DNA of 63,776 nucleotides, from the NCBI GenBank assembly GCA_031549625.1, contig JAVBPK010000068.1, positions 1 through 63,776 of the forward strand. Reading direction: 5' to 3'. Origin of the DNA: Eubacteriales bacterium (GTDB lineage Bacteria > Bacillota > Clostridia > Christensenellales > CAG-138). Positions 26,655 through 35,737 of the stretch are shown here, in pieces. A program made the position numbers and the translations under genes. The notes beneath the pieces are model-generated. The model ran no database searches and was not told the origin of the DNA. It was given only the letters and a program-made list of their open reading frames with translations. Positions within the stretch are counted from its first letter, which is position 1. Each line of letters starts with the position of its first letter.

Positions 26655-28835
26655 ATGAAATGGTATAGAAACTTAAAGATATCCGGCAAATTAACGTTCG
26701 TATTTGTCATCATCATTATTCTTGCAGCGGCTTTGTGCACGGTGCTTACAGAAAAAATGAAGAGCATGCGCAAAGATTATAACGAAATGATGGAGATATA
26801 TGGAAATTCACAAGGATATGCCGGGGCAATCATGTCCACCTTCCAGGAAGTAAAAAGCTTGTTGGCTATGGTGAACCTCGAAGATAGCCAGGAAATGGCT
26901 ATGGAAGTGAAAACCAAGATGGATGAGGAATTCGACCCTCTCTTGCAAGAAAGTATAGCCGCATATGCGGCCACATGCAAAACGACGGAAGAAACGACGT
27001 CGTTTGAACAGCTCATGCCCAAAATAGAGGCCGCGGTAGCCATGCGTGACCAAGTGCTGGCCTTGGCAATAGCCGGTGACTTTGACGGAAGCAAAGGATT
27101 TTTGCTTTCCCCAGAGAGTGATGCTGCGATGGGTGACTTTGAAAAGCATTTGGATTCCATGCTGGCACTCAACAAAAGGAACGCCGACGCGGCGCTGGCG
27201 GCATCAACAAAAAACATAAGCACGTTTATCACCGTAGCAATCATTGCCATGGTTTCCGTATTGTTGCTCGTCATAGTGTTCCTGATCATCGTATCCCGGG
27301 GCATTACGAACCCGCTGCGCCAGCTTTCCGGCATGGCGGAGAAACTTGCAGAAGGTTGCATCGACGTGCAGTACCAGGGTGAGGTCAGCAAAGACGAAAC
27401 GGGCATTCTCGTACACTCGCTAGAGAACGTGATTGCGTCTATCAAGAGCCTTGTGGCCGACACGGACATGCTCACCGACGCGGCAGCGGCAGGCAAGCTT
27501 TCCGTTCGCGCGGACGCCAACAAACACAAGGGCGAATACAAAAAGATCGTTGAAGGCATCAACGACACGCTGGACGCTATCATCGCGCCCGTGCAACTGG
27601 CCAGCGATGTGCTGCATGATATTTCTTTGGGCAACCTGAACGGGCGCGTGGAAGGGAATTTCCGCGGCGACCACGCCATCCTTCAAAAAGCGGTCAACGA
27701 GACCGTGCAGGAGCTCAATTCCTACATCGGCCAGGTGAAAGACGTGCTGGGTGCCATCGCTACAGGCGACCTCAGCGTGTCCATCAATACGGAATTCCGC
27801 GGCGATTTCTCCGCTCTGAAAGAGGCCATCAACTCCATCGCCCTTTCGCTGAGCAATGTTATGCAAAATATCAACACCGCTTCCGAGCAGGTGGCAGCAG
27901 GCACGAAGCAGGTTTCCGACGGTGCGCAGGCCGTTTCGCAGGGCGCTACGGAGCAGGCCAGCGCTATTGAAGAACTGACCGCCACCATCACCCAAATCGC
28001 GGAACAGGTCAAGCAGACCGCCAGCAATGCGAACGAAACCAACCAGCAGGCGATCATGACTAAGCAGTACGCCGTCGAAGGCAACGAGCTGATGAAGGGC
28101 ATGCAGGGCGCCATGGAAGAAATCAACAGAGCGTCCGCAAATATCTCCCGCATCATCAAGGTTATTGACGATATCGCCTTCCAGACAAACATACTCGCGC
28201 TGAACGCTGCCGTAGAAGCAGCGCGCGCCGGCGTACACGGAAAGGGATTTGCCGTGGTCGCCGAAGAAGTTCGAAACCTCGCTGCAAAGAGCGCGGCAGC
28301 CGCAAAAGAAACAACCGACCTTATCGAGGGTTCCATCAAAAAGGCCGAGGCGGGTACGCAGATCGCCAATGAGACAGCAAAATCGCTCGCCAAGATCGTG
28401 GATTCCGTGGAGACCTCCGTCGCGGTTGTCGGGCAGATCGCCGTGGCTTCCAGCGAACAGGCCACTGGCGTGTCGCAGATCAACAAGGGCATCGAGCAGC
28501 TTTCGCAGGTGGTGCAAGCAAACTCGGCCACTTCTGAAGAAGCTGCCGCCGCCGCCGAAGAGCTTTCCAGCCAGGCCGAGATGCTCAAGCAAATGGTCAG
28601 CCGCTTCCAGACCCGCGGCGAGCAAAGCGTGCGCAACAACGGTGGTATGCGCCAGCTGGCCGCTCCCGCGCATCGCGCCAAGGCTTCCGGCTTGTTCTCC
28701 AATGACGTGGATACAATGGAGTACGATCGCCGCATGAACGCCGATTTTGAGCGCGAGATGGATCGCTATTCCGGCATAGATCATGCCGAAGAAATCAAAA
28801 TCGTATTGAGCGACAATGAATTTGGGAAATATTAA
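26655..28835 (+). CDS. Transmembrane methyl-accepting chemotaxis protein (2 TM, HAMP repeats)
   Basis: TM1 is [17 protein letters not shown] and TM2 is [23 protein letters not shown]. Several HAMP-like units are present. Tip consensus is [35 protein letters not shown]. Confidence 0.93.
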   Translation: MKWYRNLKISGKLTFVFVIIIILAAALCTVLTEKMKSMRKDYNEMMEIYGNSQGYAGAIMSTFQEVKSLLAMVNLEDSQEMAMEVKTKMDEEFDPLLQESIAAYAATCKTTEETTSFEQLMPKIEAAVAMRDQVLALAIAGDFDGSKGFLLSPESDAAMGDFEKHLDSMLALNKRNADAALAASTKNISTFITVAIIAMVSVLLLVIVFLIIVSRGITNPLRQLSGMAEKLAEGCIDVQYQGEVSKDETGILVHSLENVIASIKSLVADTDMLTDAAAAGKLSVRADANKHKGEYKKIVEGINDTLDAIIAPVQLASDVLHDISLGNLNGRVEGNFRGDHAILQKAVNETVQELNSYIGQVKDVLGAIATGDLSVSINTEFRGDFSALKEAINSIALSLSNVMQNINTASEQVAAGTKQVSDGAQAVSQGATEQASAIEELTATITQIAEQVKQTASNANETNQQAIMTKQYAVEGNELMKGMQGAMEEINRASANISRIIKVIDDIAFQTNILALNAAVEAARAGVHGKGFAVVAEEVRNLAAKSAAAAKETTDLIEGSIKKAEAGTQIANETAKSLAKIVDSVETSVAVVGQIAVASSEQATGVSQINKGIEQLSQVVQANSATSEEAAAAAEELSSQAEMLKQMVSRFQTRGEQSVRNNGGMRQLAAPAHRAKASGLFSNDVDTMEYDRRMNADFEREMDRYSGIDHAEEIKIVLSDNEFGKY

Positions 28836-28871
28836 TAGAAGACGGCGCATGCCAAACGCTATGTAAACGTT

Positions 28872-28907
28872 TTGAAGGCGCTTGCCTGGTTCGGGAAGCG
28901 CCTTCAA
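28872..28907 (+). terminator. Hairpin after the mcp gene
   Basis: ttgaaggcgctt / aagcgccttcaa forms a perfect 12-bp stem, but the T tract after it is weak. Confidence 0.5.
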
Positions 28908-28993
28908 ATTTGAAGCGGTTCAGCCGGGTTTCCATAATGGGAAAGAGGGAAGGGCGCGGGCGATATTTAACAATCCCAGTCCGTCATTTGGGT

Positions 28994-29019
28994 TAAATTC
29001 GCGGGAAAAGCGCCGATAT
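28994..29019 (+). promoter_or_regulatory. Sigma-28 promoter TAAA-N14-GCCGATAT upstream of cheR
   Basis: Perfect -10 consensus GCCGATAT at 29012-29019, with TAAA at 28994-28997. Confidence 0.6.
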
Positions 29020-29035
29020 ATAATAATAGGGGAAA

Positions 29036-29908
29036 ATGCGCATGTGGGACGATGAAGCTCTAGAGCAAATGCGGGTAGGTGTGGGAAGCGGCATGATTAA
29101 AATAAGTGATGCGGATTTTCAGGTTTTTACCGATTTCTTAAAAAAGAATTTCGGTATTAACATGACGAAAAAACGCACACTTATTGAAGGACGCTTAAAC
29201 AACTATCTTTTGCGCAATGGCTTTTCCGATTACGGCAGTTATTTGCAAATGTTGTTTGAGGACCCAACCGGTTCCGAAGTAAACAATGTTATCAACTATC
29301 TCACCACAAACTATTCCTATTTTATGCGTGAGTGGGATCATTTCGAATATTACCGCGATGTTATACTGCCGGAATTGCGCGACAAGATCGCGAATTTCGA
29401 CCTGCGCGTATGGAGCGCGGGCTGCTCAACCGGCGAAGAACCATACATGCTGGCCATGCTCACCGATGAAGCGCTAGGCACATTGCGCACCGTATGGGAT
29501 AAAAAAATACTAGCTACGGATATTTCCGAAAAAGTCTTGAATCAAGCCCGCAGCGGCATATATGACGCCAGCTCGCTCGAAAAGGTTCCGCCGCTGTGGA
29601 TGAGCAATTATTTCAATAAAATAGATAAAAACCTCTATCAAGTAAAAGAAGCGCTTCGCAAAGAAGTGATCTTCCGGCGCTTCAACCTCATGGAAGAGGT
29701 CTTCCCCTTTAAAAAGAAATTTCACATGATCTTTTGCCGCAATGTGATGATCTACTTCGACGCCGAAACAAAAAGCAAACTCGTGCAAAAGTATTTCGAC
29801 GTGACCGAACCGGGTGGTTATCTCATTGTGGGCCAATCCGAATCCATCGACCGCGCCACAAGCCCATACCAATACGTTGCGCCGTCCATATACCGTAAAA
29901 AGGAATAA
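29036..29908 (+). CDS. cheR: Chemotaxis methyltransferase CheR
   Basis: SAM-binding motif RVWSAGCSTGEEPYMLAM plus a CheR N-terminal helical domain. The start is uncertain: in-frame ATGs at 29042 or 29093 (MIKISDADFQVF..) fit a family-typical N-terminus better. Confidence 0.88.
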   Translation: MRMWDDEALEQMRVGVGSGMIKISDADFQVFTDFLKKNFGINMTKKRTLIEGRLNNYLLRNGFSDYGSYLQMLFEDPTGSEVNNVINYLTTNYSYFMREWDHFEYYRDVILPELRDKIANFDLRVWSAGCSTGEEPYMLAMLTDEALGTLRTVWDKKILATDISEKVLNQARSGIYDASSLEKVPPLWMSNYFNKIDKNLYQVKEALRKEVIFRRFNLMEEVFPFKKKFHMIFCRNVMIYFDAETKSKLVQKYFDVTEPGGYLIVGQSESIDRATSPYQYVAPSIYRKKE

Positions 29909-30039
29909 ACGCACACGCAAAAAGGCATACCCGGCCTTGAGCGGAGCTAGCCGCTAACGGCCGCCGCGGCACAAACAAAACAGTATGGCAGCGCCATTGC
30001 CAAATAGGTAATAGCAAAGCCGGAAAGGCGATACGCTTC

Positions 30040-31080
30040 ATGACGAATAAAAGAATTCGTGTACTCATTGTGGACGATTCCTATTTTATTCGTAGATTCT
30101 TAAGCGAAGCCCTCGCCAAGGATCCAAATTTGGAAGTGGTGGGCGTGGCTTCCGACGCATATGAGGCGCGGGACAAAATCGTAGAATTTGCGCCGGATGT
30201 CATGACGCTCGATATGGACATGCCGCGCATGAGCGGGCTGGAATTTTTACGTCAGCTGATGCCGCAATATCCCTTGCCCGTGCTGGTCGTGAGCGCCGCT
30301 ACAAATATGATGTACGAAGCGATGCAGGCGGGAGCCGTCGATTTCATGGTGAAAACCAATATGGCGGACGAAAGCAGCCGCGATATCTTTATATCCGAAC
30401 TGATTATAAAAATCAAAATTGCATCCATCGCCAAAGTCGGGCAATTCAAGCATACGCAACCGGCTTCCACCTCCCATCCCCATGCCACCGCCAGCTGCCC
30501 TTACATCATCGCGCTGGGGGCCTCTACCGGCGGCACGGAGGCCACAGAAACCATATTGCGTGAATTAAAGCGCGACCTTCCGGGCATTGTGATGGTGCAG
30601 CATATGCCCCCTGTCTTCACGCGGCTGTATGCCGAGCGGCTTAACGACAGCTGCCAGATAGAAGTAAAAGAAGCGCAGGACGGCGACGATGTTTTGCCGG
30701 GCCGCGCCCTCCTCGCCCCGGGTGACTATCAGATGCAGGTCGTCAAGCGCGGCAATGGCTTTAAAGTAAAGGTGTATCAGGCTGAAAAAGTAAGCGGACA
30801 TTGCCCGTCCGTCGATGTGCTGTTCTCTTCCGTGGCAAAGGCTGCCGGTAAAGATTCGCTGGGCATTCTCCTCACAGGCATGGGCGCCGACGGTGCCAAA
30901 GGATTGCTTGAAATGTGTGAAGCGGGTGCCATGACCATTGGCCAAAATCAGGAAACCTGCGTGGTGTACGGCATGCCGATGGTGGCAAAAAATATCGGTG
31001 CGGTGGTACACGAGCTGCCTCTCACACAAATCGCGCGCAAAGTGTATTATTGGAATTCAACCATAAAATCTCGCAGTTAG
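30040..31080 (+). CDS. cheB: Chemotaxis methylesterase/deamidase CheB
   Basis: REC domain (RVLIVDDS and TLDMDMP) plus esterase domain (GASTGG, HMPPVFT, GMGADG). Confidence 0.93.
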   Translation: MTNKRIRVLIVDDSYFIRRFLSEALAKDPNLEVVGVASDAYEARDKIVEFAPDVMTLDMDMPRMSGLEFLRQLMPQYPLPVLVVSAATNMMYEAMQAGAVDFMVKTNMADESSRDIFISELIIKIKIASIAKVGQFKHTQPASTSHPHATASCPYIIALGASTGGTEATETILRELKRDLPGIVMVQHMPPVFTRLYAERLNDSCQIEVKEAQDGDDVLPGRALLAPGDYQMQVVKRGNGFKVKVYQAEKVSGHCPSVDVLFSSVAKAAGKDSLGILLTGMGADGAKGLLEMCEAGAMTIGQNQETCVVYGMPMVAKNIGAVVHELPLTQIARKVYYWNSTIKSRS

Positions 31081-31111
31081 GCCGTGAAGGTCTGTAACAG
31101 GAAAGCAAGGG

Positions 31112-31140
31112 GCTGCCGATAGGCAGCTTTTGTTTGTTTT
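31112..31140 (+). terminator. Intrinsic terminator after cheB
   Basis: gctgcc-gata-ggcagc followed by TTTTGTTTGTTTT. Confidence 0.7.
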
Positions 31141-31367
31141 GGCCGGGTTGCTGTTGCAGGTGCTTTGGTGTTTTGCCCGCCGGTGCGGCGCAGCGCAGCG
31201 GTGGATGCAGAAAAACGCCGTGTGGTTCCCGCAAGTCGGGGTAGGACAAATACCGTTAAGGCATGCAATGCTTAAAGCAATGGATGTGCGCGTCCACATT
31301 TAAATTGGGAAAAAATCCTTTTTTAAACGCAAAAATAATGGCCCCCATTATGTAACATTTATTACCA

Positions 31368-31393
31368 TAAAACCAAGTATTTTCAAGCGATAT
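31368..31393 (+). promoter_or_regulatory. Candidate sigma-28 promoter TAAA-N14-AGCGATAT upstream of slt-flgB
   Basis: TAAA at 31368-31371 and AGCGATAT at 31386-31393. Confidence 0.35.
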
Positions 31394-31481
31394 AACTGCC
31401 GCTGCATTCGACTCAAACACAGCATATGTGACTCGATTTTTCAAAAAACACTATATATTGCGTATTTTTTGAATAAATTTG

Positions 31482-31511
31482 TTGAATAACCAAGGGGGTG
31501 TATGGTATATT
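31482..31511 (+). promoter_or_regulatory. Candidate sigma-A promoter TTGAAT-N18-TATATT with an upstream TG (extended -10)
   Basis: -35 at 31482-31487 and tgGTATATT at 31503-31511, about 25 nt before the slt ATG. Confidence 0.4.
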
Positions 31512-31536
31512 AAAACGAGGAATAAGGATGTGAAGC

Positions 31537-32172
31537 ATGGGGTATATTGAGGAGATTTCTGCACAACGGCCTAGCGTGCTGCAGAGCCGGGCACATGGAG
31601 CGAGCAACGCAAGCCCGGCAAACCTGTTTGACAGTATGCTGCAGCAAGCGCAGGCAAACTTGGCCGATGAATCGTTTGAAACGGTAGCCTATTTGGTGAG
31701 TGGTTCCGAGCTGCCGCAGTTGGTGCGCGAAAACAGCAAACCAACGAGTTATGACGACATCATCCAGCAAGCGGCAAACGAGTATAATCTGGAGGTCAAC
31801 CTCATCAAAGCGGTCATTCAGGTAGAATCGAGCTTCAAGCGTTATGCCGTTTCCGATGCGGGCGCGCGCGGGCTCATGCAGCTCATGCCGGATACCGCAG
31901 CCGGCCTTGGCGTGCGAGATTCCTTTGACCCTCGGCAAAACATCATGGGCGGCGCTGCGTATTTGCGCCGGCAGCTGGACGAATTTGGCGATATCCGGCT
32001 GGCGCTTGCGGCATACAACACCGGCCCAAACAGGATAAAAGACTTGGATATTTCCGACGCGGACGACACCAAAGAATACAGGCGGATTACCCAGCGGGTA
32101 CGCAACTATGTAGAAGGCGTGCTCCGGTATTACGGCGAATACAACGCCGGAGAAACGCATCCGAGCGTCTAA
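31537..32172 (+). CDS. Lytic transglycosylase (SLT domain) with no signal peptide; first gene of the flgB unit
   Basis: Motifs VIQVESSF (catalytic Glu), GLMQLMPDTA and AAYNTGPNR. The N-terminal approximately 75 aa are hydrophilic. Confidence 0.85.
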   Translation: MGYIEEISAQRPSVLQSRAHGASNASPANLFDSMLQQAQANLADESFETVAYLVSGSELPQLVRENSKPTSYDDIIQQAANEYNLEVNLIKAVIQVESSFKRYAVSDAGARGLMQLMPDTAAGLGVRDSFDPRQNIMGGAAYLRRQLDEFGDIRLALAAYNTGPNRIKDLDISDADDTKEYRRITQRVRNYVEGVLRYYGEYNAGETHPSV

Positions 32173-32219
32173 ACAGCAAAGCTGCCGCGCAAGCAGCGGC
32201 AAGCAGGAGGTGTGCGCAG

Positions 32220-32624
32220 TTGTTTGAAAATGTTTTTAATACGGCGGGCGTTATGCGCAAAGGGCTTGATGCCGCCGTCCTACGCAACGAAGTCATCAAC
32301 AACAACATAGCCAATGCGGAAACGCCGGGCTTTAAAAGTTCCGCCGTCGAATTTGAAACGTTGTTTCGCAATGCTCTGCAAAATGGGGGCTTCGATGTGA
32401 AAAAGACGCGCGAAAAGCATAGAGAGTTCGAAGATTCTTTCGATGATGTGAACGCGGTGATCTTTCAAAACAATACCACGACCATGCGCATGGACGGCAA
32501 CAACGTAGATATTGATTTCCAAAACGCTGAGCTGGCGAAAAACCAGCTGTACTACAACGCGTTGGTCGAAAAGCTCAACAGTGAATACAGACGGCTTCGT
32601 ATGGCCATTCGTGAAGGGAGTTAA
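32220..32624 (+). CDS. flgB: Flagellar basal-body rod protein FlgB
   Basis: TTG start 9 nt after GGAGG. Motifs: NNIANAETPGFK and C-terminal ..YYNALVEKLNSEYRRLRMAI. Confidence 0.9.
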   Translation: MFENVFNTAGVMRKGLDAAVLRNEVINNNIANAETPGFKSSAVEFETLFRNALQNGGFDVKKTREKHREFEDSFDDVNAVIFQNNTTTMRMDGNNVDIDFQNAELAKNQLYYNALVEKLNSEYRRLRMAIREGS

Positions 32625-32629
32625 TCAAC

Positions 32630-33088
32630 ATGGCATTTTTAAAAACGCTTGATATCGCCGCTTCTGGCATGACGGCGCAACGCATGCGGATGGATACCAT
32701 CACCCAAAACATCGCAAACGCCACCACAACGCGCACAGCCGAAGGGGAGCCATACCGCCGCCGCGTTGTGATTATGGCCGAAAAGGGCGGCACGCCTTTT
32801 TCAGCGTATTTCAGCAATGCCATGGCGGAGCGTAATGTGCGTGGGTTTTCTTCCGGCGAACGCGGCGTAAAGGTCAGCGGCATCGCTACCGACATGACAG
32901 ACTTCCGTTTAGAATACGACCCGAGCCACCCCGATGCCGATGAAGAGGGCTATGTGAAATATCCCAACGTGGACGAAGTGGTGGAAATGGTCGACATGAT
33001 GGCCGCCACCCGCGCATTTGAGGCCAATGTAACCGCTTTTAACGCCACAAAGAGTATGGCGCTAAAAGCGTTTGAAATAGGCAGATAA
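32630..33088 (+). CDS. flgC: Flagellar basal-body rod protein FlgC
   Basis: Motifs ASGMTAQRMRMDTITQNIANATTTRT and VEMVDMMAATRAFEANV. Confidence 0.93.
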   Translation: MAFLKTLDIAASGMTAQRMRMDTITQNIANATTTRTAEGEPYRRRVVIMAEKGGTPFSAYFSNAMAERNVRGFSSGERGVKVSGIATDMTDFRLEYDPSHPDADEEGYVKYPNVDEVVEMVDMMAATRAFEANVTAFNATKSMALKAFEIGR

Positions 33089-33116
33089 CCTCCAGCCAGA
33101 AAGTGAGGAATGACAC

Positions 33117-33422
33117 ATGAACAGCATCAGCCCCATCCCGCCGCTCGAAGCGCTTTCGCCGGTACTATCGGCAGATCAAAGAAAAGAAGCGCGCGTGGAA
33201 GGCAAGGAGTTTTCCAACATACTGGCCGAAGCCATCCACAATGCCGCGCAAACCGACATGCAAGATGAAAACGGCATGGTCGCGCTTTTGTCCGGCGCGG
33301 ATGTCGAACCGCATGAAACGATGATCGAATCGGTCAACGCGGAATTGGCGCTTAACTTAGCCATCCAAATCCGCAACAAAGTGATCGACGCGTACAACGA
33401 AGTGCTGCGTATGCAGATTTAA
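33117..33422 (+). CDS. fliE: Flagellar hook-basal body complex protein FliE
   Basis: 101 aa. Motifs FSNILAEAI and C-terminal LALNLAIQIRNKVIDAYNEVLRMQI. Confidence 0.9.
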   Translation: MNSISPIPPLEALSPVLSADQRKEARVEGKEFSNILAEAIHNAAQTDMQDENGMVALLSGADVEPHETMIESVNAELALNLAIQIRNKVIDAYNEVLRMQI

Positions 33423-33427
33423 TGTCA

Positions 33428-33563
33428 GCCGGGGCAACCCGGCGCATTTTATGCAGGCGGGAAGCGCCTGCCATATGACGGATATGCGCGCGCACAGGGC
33501 TTTTTGCCCTCTGCGGGGCACACGAAATAGACGCATTGCGCGCCGGCAAAAGGGCCGGTGCGC
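33428..33563 (+). other. Cluster of four stable hairpins in the fliE-fliO spacer; the first could act as a terminator
   Basis: gccgggg-caa-cccggc (33428-33443), gcaggcg-ggaa-cgcctgc (33453-33471), cagggc-ttttt-gccctctg (33495-33513), gcgcgccggc-aaaagg-gccggtgcgc (33538-33563). Confidence 0.5.
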
Positions 33564-33663
33564 ATCTGTGCATAAAAATGGGCGTCTGTTATAAGCCCCG
33601 TTTGTATGCCGCATTTTTCCAAACGTGACGGTTTATCAGCGTTATTTTTAGGGAGGATTGACG

Positions 33664-34605
33664 ATGCCGAGCACAACGCCGGACCAGGCGGGCGCATTAC
33701 TTAACAGCACATGGGGCAACCAACCGAGCGGCATAGGCTCCATATTTGGCTTGCTCGCCATGTTGGCGCTCGTGCTTGTGGCGGCCTGGCTTACTACCCG
33801 CTTTGTGGCCACCCGTGGCCGCGGCTTGGCAAAAGGCCGGTTTATCCAGGTGAAAGAGCACTTTTACATCAGCAAGGATAAAAGCGTGCTGCTGCTTGAA
33901 GTAGGCGGTAAGTATTTTCTCGTGGGCGCTACCAATCAATCCATGCAGCTGCTGGGCACTCTGGAAAAGGGGGAACTGCGCTTTGCTTCATCTGCGAATG
34001 AAGACGCGGCGGCCCCGCGTTCCGGCGTGCAGGGCCTTTTTCAGGGCGTATTCGCGTCGATACAGGCCATGAGGAACGCGCCGAAAGAATTGCAAAAAGC
34101 GCGTAAGGCCGCAACCGCCCTACAAGAACAATCGGTAGAATCCAAACAGAACATAAGCGCCTCGATGCCGGAAAAAGAAGAAATTATTGCCCCGGCTACC
34201 AAAACGCAAGCAGAGCAAAAAGAAAAACCCGCGCCGGCGCTTACATTGCTGGACAGCGGCAAGGCCAAGGGCGACAAAGGAAAAAATGGATTTTTTCCTT
34301 GGCCCAAACAGGAAAAGCCCGCTGAACCGGAAAAAACAGAAGAAGAGAGAAAAACGGAGACCGCGTTTGCGGCATACCTGGCGGAATCCGATGGCTTGCT
34401 CCCGCTGCTTCCGGACGATGCCGAAGCGCAAGCCGTTATAGTCGAGCTGACCACCGATGTCCAAAAAGAAAAAGAGCGGCGCGGCCCGCGCAAGCAAGAG
34501 AAGCAGGCCGCGGAAGACGACGAGATTGACCAAATGATGCAGGCCATCGAAGAACGGAGGATTCGTCTGCAGAACAAGCGCGGGAAAGACGAAGATAAGC
34601 GATGA
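33664..34605 (+). CDS. fliO: Flagellar biosynthesis protein FliO (FliZ-like) with a long charged C-terminal extension
   Basis: ATG at 33664 lies 7 nt after AGGGAGG. It has a single TM (IFGLLAMLALVLVAAWL) and the FliO core GRFIQVKEHFYISKDKSVLLLEVGGKYFLVGATNQSMQLLG. The remaining approximately 190 aa are rich in Lys/Glu/Ala/Pro. Confidence 0.8.
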   Translation: MPSTTPDQAGALLNSTWGNQPSGIGSIFGLLAMLALVLVAAWLTTRFVATRGRGLAKGRFIQVKEHFYISKDKSVLLLEVGGKYFLVGATNQSMQLLGTLEKGELRFASSANEDAAAPRSGVQGLFQGVFASIQAMRNAPKELQKARKAATALQEQSVESKQNISASMPEKEEIIAPATKTQAEQKEKPAPALTLLDSGKAKGDKGKNGFFPWPKQEKPAEPEKTEEERKTETAFAAYLAESDGLLPLLPDDAEAQAVIVELTTDVQKEKERRGPRKQEKQAAEDDEIDQMMQAIEERRIRLQNKRGKDEDKR

Positions 34606-35390
34606 ACAAACGCAGGCAGCGCAAACGCGCAAACCGCAAAAAGATTATACTGCTGCTCGTTGTGCTTGCGGCCGTTTTCCTGTTTACGGCGTGCGACAGC
34701 TTATCAAGCGCGGCCGAAAGCGGGGATGCCGTGGCGGGCTTGCTAAGCAACCGTTCCGAAAGCGTTAACATTCTCCTGCTGCTCACCATACTATCGCTGC
34801 TGCCCAGCATACTCATCATGCTCACATGCTTCACGCGCATCGTGATCGTGCTTTCGCTGGTGCGCAACGGCATGGGCGTGCAGCAAATGCCGCCAAATCA
34901 GGTATTGATCGGGCTTGCGCTGTTCCTTACGTTTTTTGTGATGAGCCCGGTCATTACGGAAGTGAAGGAAGTGGCTTACGAACCGTATATCGCTGAAGAA
35001 ATCGATGCGGGCGAAGCCATTGAACGCGGCATGCAACCCATCCGCACATACATGATAAAGCAAACGTACCAGGAGGACCTCGCATTTTTTACAAATGTAT
35101 CCCAGGCCCATGCGGAAGAACCGCTTGTGATAGAGAGCTACGACGATATTCCGACAAGCGCGCTTATTCCAGCCTATATCACGAGCGAAATCAAGCAGGG
35201 CTTTAAGATCGGGTTTTACATTTACATTCCCTTCATCGTAATCGACATGATCGTGGCAAGCACGCTCATGGCGATGGGCATGATGATGTTGCCGCCGGTG
35301 GTTATCTCATTGCCGTTTAAGATATTGCTATTCGTGCTGGTAGATGGCTGGATGCTCACCATCAAAACGCTGCTGAGCTCATTCCGCTGA
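34602..35390 (+). CDS. fliP: Flagellar export apparatus protein FliP
   Basis: ATGA overlap with fliO. Motifs: LLLLTILSLLPSILIMLTCFTRIVIVLSLVRNGMG and MMMLPPVVISLPFKILLFVLVDGW. Confidence 0.95.
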   Translation: MNKRRQRKRANRKKIILLLVVLAAVFLFTACDSLSSAAESGDAVAGLLSNRSESVNILLLLTILSLLPSILIMLTCFTRIVIVLSLVRNGMGVQQMPPNQVLIGLALFLTFFVMSPVITEVKEVAYEPYIAEEIDAGEAIERGMQPIRTYMIKQTYQEDLAFFTNVSQAHAEEPLVIESYDDIPTSALIPAYITSEIKQGFKIGFYIYIPFIVIDMIVASTLMAMGMMMLPPVVISLPFKILLFVLVDGWMLTIKTLLSSFR

Positions 35391-35458
35391 CGAAGCCGGT
35401 GCGGTTAAAGCAAGCCGCACCGGCCAATGCGACCAAAGTAAAAAGTAAGGAGGTTGCC

Positions 35459-35731
35459 ATGTCACAGGTTGAAATTATAAAAGTAATGCAAGACGCCGTT
35501 ATGACGATCATGGTTGTGTCCGCGCCCATGCTTATCATCGGCATGGTCGTTGGCGTCATTATTTCGATCTTTCAGGCGACCACCCAAATCAACGAGCAAA
35601 CGCTGGCGTTCGTGCCAAAGATCATCGCGATATTGCTCGCGCTGCTAATATTCGGCGGCTGGATGGTCACGTACCTTGTGGAATTCACCGGCCGCATATA
35701 CAGCTATGCGGTGCCGGGCCTCATTCCATAA
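35459..35731 (+). CDS. fliQ: Flagellar export apparatus protein FliQ
   Basis: ATG at 35459 follows AAGGAGG. Motif: FQATTQINEQTLAFVPKI. About 90 aa. Confidence 0.93.
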   Translation: MSQVEIIKVMQDAVMTIMVVSAPMLIIGMVVGVIISIFQATTQINEQTLAFVPKIIAILLALLIFGGWMVTYLVEFTGRIYSYAVPGLIP

Positions 35732-35737
35732 AGCCGC

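Noticed and set aside
31141-31300. A GC-rich non-coding stretch after the cheB terminator, considered as a possible tRNA, pseudogene or small ORF (a TTG-initiated frame of about 60 codons from about 31130).
   Set aside because: There is no tRNA T-arm or anticodon-arm pattern. The candidate ORF starts inside the terminator T tract without an RBS. It is left unassigned.
31141-31536. A c-di-GMP riboswitch or a C. difficile-style invertible 'flagellar switch' upstream of the flgB unit; the same was considered for 60891-61497.
   Set aside because: No GEMM-type conserved sequences (GGCAAACC / GGGACGCAAAGCC) are present, and there is no pair of roughly 20-bp inverted repeats flanking a segment of 150-300 bp. 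Only short local palindromes are present.
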